From the NCBI GenBank assembly GCA_965203295.1, contig CBDBCZ010000018.1, positions 1,568,001-1,632,000 on the forward strand: a DNA stretch of 64,000 nucleotides, in the 5' to 3' direction. Under the pieces are notes generated by a model. It searched no databases. It worked only from the letters and a program-made list of their open reading frames with translations, and was not told the origin of the DNA. This document shows, one piece after another, positions 34,861 to 46,854 of this stretch. The position numbers and the translations under genes were made by a program. Each line of letters opens with the position of its first letter. The stretch's first letter is position 1. This stretch comes from Nitrospirales bacterium (GTDB lineage: Bacteria; Nitrospirota; Nitrospiria; Nitrospirales; UBA8639).

Positions 34861-37800
34861 ACTTATTCTATGTGTACATGAACTTCAGAGATGTGTACAC
34901 ATACATATTTCTCGAAGGATGGTATACATTGCACTCAATTGCATGTGTCTACATGAGCTCCATGAAGGCTCATGAATGCTTATAGCTTTATGAGTGGATT
35001 GTATATAAAGTTCAGAATGCCAACTTCACACAAAGCTTCACAATAGGTCTCAATTATCTCACGGGGATATTGTTTTTGCAATGCACTGAGTGGCTGTCTT
35101 GTGTGGTTAGTCGCTGCTAGTTCAAGGAAGTTTCAATTTCTGGAAGCTCTTTTTCAGAAGTATTTTCAACTTCTCAATAATATTCAGACTTACAATACGA
35201 AGGATTGAGATCCCTGTATCACAACTATTCGCAAGGTTTCCTACATAAATGTACATGCTTTTCTGTACATTTCTTTCTACATCTAGTATCGTGTGCCTAG
35301 ACCACTGTATAGCAGAACTAATTCATACTGTCCTCTCTTTGTTGTTTCAAGTTGTAGTGCTTTTTACCAGCTGGGTGCATTCAAAGCGTATGATGCCTTC
35401 AAGTTTTCTGCATTTTTTTGTCTGTCTGTCTGTTTGGTGCCTGTATTTCCGCACTTAACACACATTCTATGCAACTGTGCATGTACGTAGTCTACCAGTA
35501 GTTTTGAAAGGTTTGTAGACCAAACTACAGCAAGTTTAGTCCTAGACAGCCATGCTAATCCTGTTTTAGTAGGTTACAGCTGTTAACTGCAAGTGTACAA
35601 CAAATCTCAGCCTTAGCCTGTTATATGTACATGTACATTTAGTCTGCAGTTGCATTAGTTTGCCCTGTCCTGTTTGTAAAGCTGTTTGATCCTTGGGTGT
35701 TTCACTCAACTTCTCAGCTGAAATAACACTCAAAATCAGCTGAGAAGGTAGCTTCTCAAGGGTAGGTAGCAGATCTGGCAGACTTGCTACCTACCCTTGA
35801 GATGCTAAAGTCGAGTTCAAGTGCAGTGAGTTCTCTGTATAGTTCTGTGTGGCTAAGAATTGCTCATTTCTACTACTTTTAAATGGAAACACTAGTCTCT
35901 TTTGTAGCCATCCGGTTACCACTGAACATGACTTGTGCCAATTATTAGCATGGTTTCATACATGGGGGGGTGAGGGGGGGGGAGGGGGCTGACTTCCCTT
36001 CATAGCCCTTAGGAGTTTGAAAAATTAGGCTGCATTAAAACAAGGTACAATGGCACCTGATCAATTGTACTCGCAACACCTACATAAATACCTCTAGTTT
36101 TAGCTGCGCTGACACATGTTACTGTGCTGTGGTTTGGACACAAACTTGTGGTAGTCGGCTAAGCTACCAAAACCCACCAGATTCAATCTTTGGCCAGTTG
36201 TTTGTAATAATTTGCTGTGGGGCATACCCCATAATTCCCTTATAGAAGGATGGGAACTATTCCAAAAAGGATTCCCCATGGCGCGATGACGCTGTTACTA
36301 TATATACCACACATGACTATGTAATCTTTATACGTAAAGTACAATAACGTCATGATTTTAAGAGTATGGTGTTCTTTGTTTCTCTCTAGTGTGGACCTGG
36401 AATCCTTGGGTCCCTTGTCTGGTCAGATAGTGGTTACACTCTCTCCTTTTGCTGATCACCACTCAGCAACTGTATCAAAAATCTTTGATTTTCTTATAAT
36501 TCAGAACAAGTGAGGAACTTCACCAAAAATACCACTAGATAAAATGCCATGTATGTGTTTCAGTATTTGCTGTTTTAATTTTTTCAGAGAGGTTCTTGGG
36601 TCTTTCTTTGATGAGATCTACTTCATGCCAGATGTGCTGTCTCTTGCTTGCATCAACACTGAGCTTAGGAAACACTCGCATACATCAAAAAGGTATCTTG
36701 TTCCGGGACAGAAGTGTTCATGTGAATGGGATGTCATAGGTAGAAGCAGGAAATGAGGTCACGGATTGTTATTCACACTAGTGTGTTCAATTGAGAATTT
36801 CTCAGTGCATACATACGTGTGTACATATGTGTGTGTACATATGTTTATGCATGCGTGCGGCCCACATGCTACATATTGTTTGGATCCATGATTCAATACA
36901 ACATTTCAGTTCACATATGACATATCCATGATCCAATTCAACTTTTGAAACTTTGACGAGGCTACGCAATGCTTTGCATTCACTTGGTTTGTACAGCTGT
37001 TAATTATACATCAATTCTAATTGGAGGTTTGTACGTGGAAGCTAGAAGGAACAGTGTAATGGAGCTTAGTAAGCTGCTGTTGATATATACCACTACTACT
37101 ATTTGCACTAGAACCCATAATATTGTAGGAGCATGCGCTGAATGAGTTGGCTGGACTTACGTCGTGCATTAACCTATATAGTTGCTACTATCCTTTTCCA
37201 GCCTTCACCAGCAACTACAACATGTCCTAAGAGGGGCATGCCATGGGCGTTCTGACGTGAGAATGGATGCATTGAAAGCACCACACAGACTGTTGAGATC
37301 CAATCGAGTTAGTGCAGTATTTAGTTATTTGTATTATTATCAATATATGAACTGTACATACAGTGCATGTTCATGTAAGCTTTAAAACAATTTCTGTTCA
37401 GTTCATACAGGCAGAGTTGGAGAAGTGCATGGTAGGAAGTGACACCGTTGATCCAATCATTACAGAGATTGTAACAAGAGTAAGTTGATTTCGCTTCATG
37501 AAGAAGTGAAATTATGTCTATCTGACATAGTCCATACTCAACGTTTTGTTTTTAAAATTGCTGCTTTGTCCTCAGTTCTAAAGGTCTGCGAGCCACTAGT
37601 ATTGAGCTTCGAGAAGAGTTTGGGAGGTGTCTAGGAGAACTTGGAGCTGTTGGTCCCGGAAAGTATGTGCTGGTATACCACACTTTTGTCATACAATTCT
37701 GTATGCTAAGTCAGAGTTGGCAACTACTAACTTAACTTGCAACTGTCCGAGGAGTAGCATTTGTATCCAATACTGTCCTATTCTTGAACTAACCGGAGAC

Positions 37801-38889
37801 GTAATTTCTCTGACCATATTTAGATTAGTATTATATCACATTTATGTGGGTGGGTATGTTTTCGGATTATGTACTTGCGAGCATCCTGTTAACTACCTGC
37901 CCCTTACTTGCTTTTGCTTGTGTGCTTGCTGTACTTCCCCAGGCTGGATATTCATTCCCATGGTGTCAACTTCGAAGACTGTGAAGTACTTTGAGGTATA
38001 CATCTTGCTTACTAGTGATTTCTATTAGCCTCGTACTCAGCTATTAAATTTAGGCAGAAGGGCTTGATGCGAGGTTTAGCTGAGTACAGTGGTGCTGTGG
38101 AGGTCTGGGTTAGTTTGTAGTGTGGGGTGTTGTGTTTTGTGAAGTATGTAATCGTTGTGGATGAGGATGTGAGGGTGGTTGTGGGATGGTGAGTGGTGGT
38201 GATGATTGTGGATGGTGGTGTGTGTTGAAGGGTGCTGTGTAAGGGGGTGTGGTACGGTTTGTGGTGGGTGTGGTTGGAAAGATGTAGGGATGGTAGGTAC
38301 GCGGTAAATGCATCGCACTGTGATATGTGCGTAGTCTGTGCATGCCTTCTGGTGCTTGTTTTGTTGTTTTTTGGGGAAGTGTAAAGGTATGTCACGTATA
38401 CTCACATTGATGAGTGAACTAATGTCCTTGCAGTTACTGTGATCTGAGGACTGTTCAACAGCATGTGTACACTGTGCTATAAATATATGTACCAAGCAAG
38501 TCAACGTCGAAGCTTTGGAGTTATTTGTTCATGTATTGATTATTATCACGTGCATATCAGTCTATTGGTATCACTGCACATCTATGATTATACCAGGCTG
38601 AGATCGTTTCTTTAATGTGGGATCCAGATGCAATGATGCTACTGCAACAATTATACTGTAACGGTCATTGTAGCTACTTGTCACTCAGACTCCCCCTACA
38701 TTGCCCTGCATTTGCTAGCACTTTGCCAAAAAGTGCACAAACTAGTCATGTAGGGATGCACTTCCACCAAAAAACGCTTCCCCAAAAACCAATGAAACAA
38801 GCAGCAATGCACACACATACACCCGCACATCACAGCGCAATGCGTAGCTACCATCCCTACCTGCTTTTTCTATAACTTGTTTTGGGGCA

Positions 38890-40398
38890 TTTTTTGGGAG
38901 GTGGCAACAAATGTGTGTGACCAGCAAGTGCTCTGGAAAGTCACACTTGAGATTCCCACTCGGTACTCTGAGAGGACAATGCTGGCGCTAAAGGAGAAAC
39001 AGCTGAACAGCTTGACCCGGAATGAGATTGTACAGGGAAGATCTGCGAAGATTTTCAATCGCTGCAAATACCCAATAAGTTCACAGGTAACCCGGGTCCC
39101 CATTTGTCACTAAGTGTTTCTGTTTCTCTCCCCCCCATGCTGTGTGACCATTCTAAATAGTACCTACGGGATTTCTGTGAACAAACTAGCTCTATAAAGA
39201 CGATATTTCTCCAAACAAGCTAGCAGTCTGTCGTAACTGGCCATGCTGAAATAACGTGAATGCAGCAGAACTTGCTCCTGCAACTACAATTTTTATTTTC
39301 ACAACCTGAACCCCCCCCCCCCCCCCCCAAAAAAAAAAAACAGAACAAAAATGAAACTATGATAGGGAGTGTACGGTTATCATTTCGAGATGCCCCAGGC
39401 CTACACCCTGGCTATGGTCGTGTGCTATGTGAGAATAAGTTAATATAATAAGTTGAGCCGTGGAACAAGGCTATACCCTTAGCATTGATGCCTAATATGT
39501 TACAAAATAAAATAAATCCACCTAAAAATTCATTTGTATATTCCTTTATACAGCTCATCAATGACTTCATCCAGATCACTGGTCTCCGTGGTGATCCCGA
39601 AGAAAAATTGGCGGCTGAGTGGATCAAGTGGGCACCAAAAGTCATAACGTATGCAAAGAGTAAAAGAAGTGCAGCTATTCAGACGCAGCTTCATTTGCTG
39701 GATGGGAATGAAGAAGCTGCTGATGGTTAGTTAGCAGTTTTATCCATACACCTGTACTCTCGACAAGAGAAATAAGGATGCCAGTGTTCACTTACTGACA
39801 GAACTTGAAGTAAGTGTAATGAAATGGATTATTTGTGTTTTTGAGCCTTGGAATGTTGTGTATTAGTTATCTGAAAGTTAAGCAATAGATATACAAGAAA
39901 ACATGTTGTGTATTTGTCAAACTACCAGTGTACATCTATTCAGAGTTTTAATAATTAGCTCTCTCTGAACTGAGTAAAGATAAGTAAATGACCCCAAATC
40001 TTTACTGTGCCCTCTCGCAATGTATATGCGTGGCTTGAGTTTCTTTGTTCGAATTACTTTCATTATGTGTTGCTATTAATTCTCCTTTAACCAGGATAAT
40101 GAAGATCTCGATACCAAGATATCAGGTGGCATTTCAACACCGTACCTGATTCAGTTTGGCAGTGGTGACATGCAGTTCTTCCTTGTCGCGGAGAAAGAAC
40201 TGTTGGCTGAGTTGCCTTCGCTGTACAAGGCCATTGTTGCCCTTATAGCAGTGTATTATGTTTTCGACATTGCCTATCCCACACCATGTATGATGAACAC
40301 ACTTTTTTTTTATGGAGCGCTTCCTGCTTGGAATAACAACTGGGACAAAGTTCAACAAAACACTACTTGGCACCATCAGTGATATTGACAAATGTTAG
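38890..40398 (+). pseudogene. EnSpm/CACTA-type accessory gene remnant (several exons)
   Basis: Exon-like pieces EIPTRYSERTMLALKEKQLNSLTRNEIVQ, LINDFIQITGLRGDPEEKLAAEWIKWAPKVITYA, and the YYVFDIAYP final exon with a frameshift. Part is duplicated at 41545-41830. Confidence 0.5.
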
Positions 40399-41032
40399 TT
40401 TGTACCATTTATTTACCTGCCACCTGGCTTAGTCCTTTTGTATCTTTAGTTTGAAACACTTTAGTTAAAATGTAAATGCACTGTACACATTCTTTTGTAA
40501 TTGTAATGTATAGCTACTTGCTGTGCAGGTGTTGCTATAGCATTAGTTTTGGAACCACCCTAGCATTCATAAATTCAAACACAATGATGTAGCATAAAAA
40601 GGCATTGAAAATCCGGTGCATGCGTCTTGTCAGAAACGCTTACAAAGAGCAGAAACACTCTCAAAATTTAAGCACAATGATTTAGCATGTAAAGGGTAAC
40701 TAACAGACAGACAGTAAATGAAGTCGAGAAACACGGCCTTAATACTAAAACTCGAGACTAACAATGAATAGAATATCTCCCCAAATTCAAACACAATGAT
40801 TAAGCATATAAAGATATTGAAAATGTAGACAGAGTGTCTATGTTGTCAAAAACGTTTACAATGACCAGAAGCATTCCCGAAATTCAAATACTACAATGAT
40901 TTAACATAATCATAAAGGTCATAAAATGCAGTGTATACATCTTGTCAGAAACGCTCACAACGAGCACAAACGTCCCGGAAATTCAAGCACAATGATTGAG
41001 CATATTGATGTTATTGTAAATGCAGTGTTACT

Positions 41033-41195
41033 TAATAGGTAAACCGCAGTAGCCAGGGATTTATGGTCCATAAACTGCCCTAGCCCGAGGGCGAAGCCCG
41101 AGGACGAGGGCTGTTTATGGCCATAAATCCCTGGCAACCGCGGTTTATCTGTTATATTATTAAGCGGATTGGTTCTTTGGGTGCATGGTAACCGA
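41033..41195. mobile_element. Hairpin element with central CGAGGGCGAAGCCCGAG motif
   Basis: Imperfect ~50-bp stem TAATAGGTAAACCGCAGTAGCCAGGGATTTATGG.../...CCATAAATCCCTGGCAACCGCGGTTTATCTGTTA. Truncates the minisatellite copy at 40570-41030. Confidence 0.7.
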
Positions 41196-42014
41196 CGCTT
41201 AGCTAGTAGCTACAGTACTACAGTATATATCGCTCTGTGCGGTTCTCCGAGTTGTCTTGGTTTACCCGAGTGGACGGAATGCTGTAAACAAAACAGTCGC
41301 TTCGCTGAGAAACTGTCGCCGGCTACACGTGGCGGAAGTGGCGTAATAAGCACCGCCCCCACGACCCAGCTCCTCCCTCTACTTTAGCTACTCTCATCGG
41401 GAGACGCCTCCATATTGAACAAGTGGCTCTCGCGCTATGCTAGTGACTGCATGCATGTATAGAAGTGCTGTATGTTATATATTACCCTGAGGGCTGGAGT
41501 ATATAAAACATGATCTACAACTTCCTGTCAGTATATGGATAGGAGAGGAGAAACAGCTGAACAGCTTGACCCGGAATGAGATTGTACAGGGAATATCTGC
41601 GAAGATTTTTAATCGCTGCAAATACCCAATAAGTTCACAGGTAACCCGGGTCCCCATTTGTCACTAAGTGTTTCTGTTTCTCTCCCCCCCATGCTGTGTG
41701 ACCATTCTAAATAGTACCTATGGGATTTCTGTGAACAAACTAGCTCTATAAAGACAGTATTTCTCCAAACAAGCTAGCAGTCTGTCGTAGCTGGCCATGC
41801 TGAAATAACGTGAAAGCAGCAGAACTTGTATGTAATCTTTGAAACACTTTAGTTAAAATGTAAATGCACTGTACAGTACACATTCTTTTGTAATTGTAAT
41901 GTATTATAGCTACTTGCTGTACAGGTGTTGCTATAGCATTAGTTTTGCTAGCATTCATAAATTCAAACACAATGATGTAGCATAAAAAGGCATTGAAAAT
42001 CCGGTGCATGCAGA

Positions 42015-44135
42015 AATTGTTATCCAGGGCAACTGGAGTCAATATATAAGGAAGCAGATGAATGTCTTGCAAGGTTCTTGCACCAGATCTTGCAGGATTT
42101 TTCTATGAGTCACGCAAATTTTAACACAAGATTCTAACACCTTGCAAGATTTTTGTTGCATGATGAGAAGTTTTGCAAGGGCTTGCAAGAAATAAAATGC
42201 AAGATCATACAAGAAGTGGCCAAAATCCTTGTGAGTCCTGCAAGAAGTCTGCTAGATAACTTACAAAATTCTGCAAGAAAGCTATGTTAGAACATTGCAA
42301 GACCTTGCAAGGAAACTCTGCATTTCACAACACGAGGAAGTCTTCATAGGTCTACACAAGCACCTGATAGAATGGTTCTTTTTTGTCTGCCATCAAAATG
42401 AAACCCTTCTTCTGATGTAGTACCTCCACAAGAAACTGCAAAACATGTACCAAGATTCCCAGTTAAGGTCATATCCAATAGCAGACAAGGCCTACAAGTT
42501 AATGTACCTGACAAACATTGTCCTTGAACAGGGACAGCATCTTCCCAGGGGTTAGTGTGTGAGCTTTTGCTATTCTGGGAACCTGTGAAGAAAATAGCTA
42601 TAAATAATACACTTGACATTTAAATGATATATACCTACAAATAGTTTACAATCTGACAACAACTGTACATATTTACAGTTTTTAAAGGAATTAATCACCT
42701 TTTTAATACATTCTGTGTTAGTGTATATGGACAATCCTGTACATGTGTTTTACATAGTAAGTTAGACACACAACATCGCATACGAAGAGAAGGGAGAGAA
42801 ATTTTTCTGGGTTGTATGATGAACTCAATATGTAGACGCGTTTGAATTGGGAGCGTCTCATCTTTTCAGAGCTTCTGATAAGAGACATAACCAGCATACT
42901 TCCAATACTTGTTTCATATCCTAATATTTGAGTTTCAATTTCGGGAATGATTGTACCTCTTATAAAATTTTCTGATACGATACATGCACTGCATTTTAAA
43001 AACCATTATTATAGGCAAAATTACTGTGTTTGACTTTGGGGAAAGTTTCGCTCTTTGTCAGCGTTTTTGACAGGACAAACACACTGCATTTTATACCATT
43101 TTATCCTAAATCTTTGCATTTTAATTTCGGGAACGTTTCTGCTCATTGTGCATGTTTCTGTCGAGATATATACACTTTATTTTCAATACCCTTGTATGCT
43201 TTATCATTGCGTTTATACTTTGGGAACGTTTCTGCTCATTTCAAGCGTTTCTAACAAGACTATACACAGCATTTCACTACAATTATATCATGCTGAAGCA
43301 TTGTGTTTTAAATTTCGGGAACGTTTCTGCTCTTCGTAAGCATTTCTGACAAAACACATGCACTACATTTTCAATGCCTTACTCTATATCATTGTGTTTG
43401 AATTTTGGGAGCGTTGCTGCTCTTTGTAATCGTTTGTGACAACATATATACACTGCATTAGCAATAGCATTATATGTTCAATCATTGTGTTTGAATTTTT
43501 GGGGCGTTTCTACTTGTTATGAACGTTTCTGACAAGTTATGTACACTGCATTTTAAATACCCTTATATGGTTTGAGATTCAGTCGCGTTGCTACTTGTTT
43601 CAACGTTTCTGACATGATTATAATGTCCACCGAATCTTCAATACACTTATATTATTATAAATATGCTAAATGATTGTGGTTATATCGAGAGCATTTCTGC
43701 TCTCCGTAAGCGATTCTGACACGGTATTAACACTGCATTTTCAATGCCATTATATGCTAACTATAATAATTGTGTTTGAATTTCGGGAGCGCTCCTGCTC
43801 TATGTTAGCGTTTGTGACAACATACATAAACTGCATTTTCAATACTTTTATAGGCTAAATTAATGTGTTTGGAATTCGGGCACGTTTCTGCTCATTTTGA
43901 ACCTTTCACAAAGCTTCTACTATTTGTAAGCGTTTCTGATAGGACATATAAACTGCATTTCGAATGCATGCGTTTTTATGCTATGTCATTGTACTTACAT
44001 TTCGGGAAGGTTTCTGCTCATTTTGAGCGTTTCTGACGACTGCATTTTCAATAATTACATAGGCTAAACCATTGTATTTGAAAATTGGGAGCATTTCTGC
44101 TATTTGTAAGCGTTCATGACAAGACACATGCATGC
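42015..44135 (-). repeat. Inverted copy of the minisatellite block and tail
   Basis: Reverse complement of 10680-12160 and of 31135-32815. Confidence 0.92.
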
Positions 44136-45083
44136 ATGGAATTAGGTATGCATAGTACTTTCCGGAATCGTCGCGTTACGGCAATTAGGGTAGGCCCAAC
44201 AAGGTATAGGGCTAAGGCTTGTCCACATTATGTTAAAAAAAAATGTGCAATTCCCACAAAATTTGCCTATTACGCTTCCATTCTAGTCTATTATGCTAGA
44301 TAATTCGGAACATAAACAAAGCTTATAGCCAATGTGACAAAATATATCAGTCAACACAGATATAAGCAAAAGGTCAGTTGTTATAAACTGTCATCCATGC
44401 ACAATTGTCTCCAAATGCGGGCATATAGATAATAACCACTGGTTATTGTAGTCACAGAAAACTATTTATTATGCTGCCAGCCAGTAGCGAGAACAGCCAC
44501 TAGTGACAAAACGGCTACAAATAAAAGTCTTAGGCCTATCCTAATTATCAACTCCGGCTACCGCGCGCAGAAGATGGACCATATATGCTTACATGTAATT
44601 ACCTCATGTTCGCAATGCTCGGTCCGTCTACATGTAAATTGTGAGACTACTGAGACTAGAGACCGAGTATATAGACTATCCTCGTCAGTATGATGTCATT
44701 ATTGCATAATCCAGGAAACGAACCCAGTTTGATTGCTATCTGACACATGTTCTCCATGTTTTGTCAGTAAAGCTGTAACAGTCACAATATAATCTTTTGA
44801 TAAGCGGCGCTAGCCCTCTGCGGCGTCACAAAATAACCGCACTAACTCTACTAACCTAGGCGGTGTAGTAAGCCTTCCTTTGCGTGTGATACACTTGTCT
44901 AGTTCTCAGACCCTTCACCTTCTCTATTTTTCCCTCGCGATTCTGACACCTTGGTTGCCTTTGGAGGCAAAATCCTGTCGTCTCTTGAGTGATGTTCCAG
45001 AATGACTGAAAGACGCAACGAGGCCTCATCAGGAAAGCGCTTGTCCCCGACAGGAAATACGCAACAGCAGGCTGCTAAGCGCC

Positions 45084-45946
45084 TAGTCTCGTGAACCGGT
45101 GTACGCGCGATATCGGGACCCCCCGAAATGGGGACTCCCGGTCCCCGTATCGCTAGAGATATGGGGACCGGGGTCCCCGAAATCTCTAGCGATATGGGGC
45201 CCGAGGGGCCGCGAAACGCTGGCGATATGGGGATCCTTTAGTGATTTAGGGACCCCTACATTGTCTGTTCTGATCCCGCTAACTGCACCGTATCTTCAAT
45301 GAATAAATAACATGAAAGCATCTATTAGTGTAAGGTATTGTAGCAATGAATTCATACTAAGTCTTGTGAGTCAGCATGTTCTAATATGTTAGTTTAAGTA
45401 TATACAGCACAAATACATGAAAGGCACCAGCTAGTCTATCTACAGAGCATTCAAAACCAAGTTGTAATCCCATACCTCTATTAGCTACAGCTCCAGGAGT
45501 TAGTGCAAGGTATTGTATAGGGTTTGAAATTCATACATGTTCAGAATGTTCTAATGAGAATATATATGGAAGAAATAACACACCAACCATAAATATACAT
45601 AAAAGCAAAAGTTTACATACAGCTACTACAAAATCTTACATACAACTCGAGATAAAAACAAGGGAAATGTGCGTCCACTTTTATACCTATACCCATCGTT
45701 CACTACCGTTAGCGGTACAGGGGTCCCCAAGTCGCTGACGGGATCCCTGTACCGCTAGCGAAATAGGGCCTGTGGGGGTCCTCACATCGCTAGCGTTTTT
45801 GGGACGGGGTCCCCATATCGCGGGGCCGGGGGTCCCCAAATCGCGCTTACACCGGCCCACTTAATTTCCGCAGTGCCGATCGCTAATTAGTATGCGGCCG
45901 AAAGCGATCGGTGCTGAGGATCAAAGTAGGCTGGCTCGCGAGACTA
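45084..45946. mobile_element. Academ-type MITE interrupted by a Ginger MITE
   Basis: TAGTCTCGTGAA...CTCGCGAGACTA with 9-bp TSD CTAAGCGCC (45075-45083, 45947-45955). Confidence 0.88.
45100..45851. mobile_element. Non-autonomous Ginger-type element
   Basis: TGTACGCGCGATATCGGGACCCC...GGGGTCCCCAAATCGCGCTTACA with 4-bp TSD CCGG on both sides (45096-45099, 45852-45855). Confidence 0.85.
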
Positions 45947-46854
45947 CTAAGCGCCCACCGCGGCGAAGAGCAGATGGTAAAGTACCCCACCGCCCTCGCG
46001 GAGACAGTTGGTATTCACTAGTTTGTTTGTATAGCTCATTCTTTACGGCTGCCTACCACGTTTTCGCCATCTAGGCAACAAAACACTATCTTCATTTGCT
46101 GTAGTTTGGCCTACAAACCTCCAAAAGCTGCTATACATAGCGCGAGGCTATCCTATACACTGCAGTTGATAGTAACATTTTGCGTGCATCGTTTCCCCCT
46201 CCCTTTTAGGTCACGCGGAACTTCATCAATCACCGCTAGGATACGCAGCTTGTCGGACCTCCTCGGCCTCTGGGACAAAACGAATTGCTTAACCCCGCTT
46301 GCGTATACGCGCGTGGGGTAAAAAAGTCTATCACTATTTTGACTACTAGAGACGGCCGGACAGGACCAAGGTCAGTGTATGTTGAAGGTGCACATACCAC
46401 TCACTTTTGACTACACTCGAAATCAATCCATAAATCCGATCTTCTTTGAAAGCTGGATACTTGCGATTCAGCTGTTAAATAGCTGTGGCCAAATCCTACG
46501 GTGGCCGAGAGCGGCCATTCACGTTTCGCGTTCACGTTCACGTTCCCTTACACGTTCACGTGCGCGTTCCTGTTCGCGTTCAGATGTGTGTACGCGTTTA
46601 TGTTCGCGTTCGTATCGTGTTCGTGTTCGCGTATCGCCATATTCACGATCACGTTCACGTGCGTGTTCGCGTTCGCATGCGTGTTCGCGCGTTCACGATC
46701 AGAATATAGTCAGTACTGTACTGGTTCCCAAAATCCCAGAGATAGTGCTCTATTAACATTTATTCATGGATAGAGCGAGTGAAGGCCCACGTAGTCTACA
46801 TCTTGCGGGATGGGCTTACGCGTCTCGCAGTGACACCGTGACCACACCTACTGC

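Noticed and set aside
38012..38504. His/Thr/Pro-rich ORFs
   Set aside because: GT-rich low-complexity tract open in all three minus frames, with no domain signal.
46379..46773. RS-rich, VHV-rich and FTF-rich ORFs in three frames
   Set aside because: Translations of the hexamer repeats in the IS3EU terminal region.
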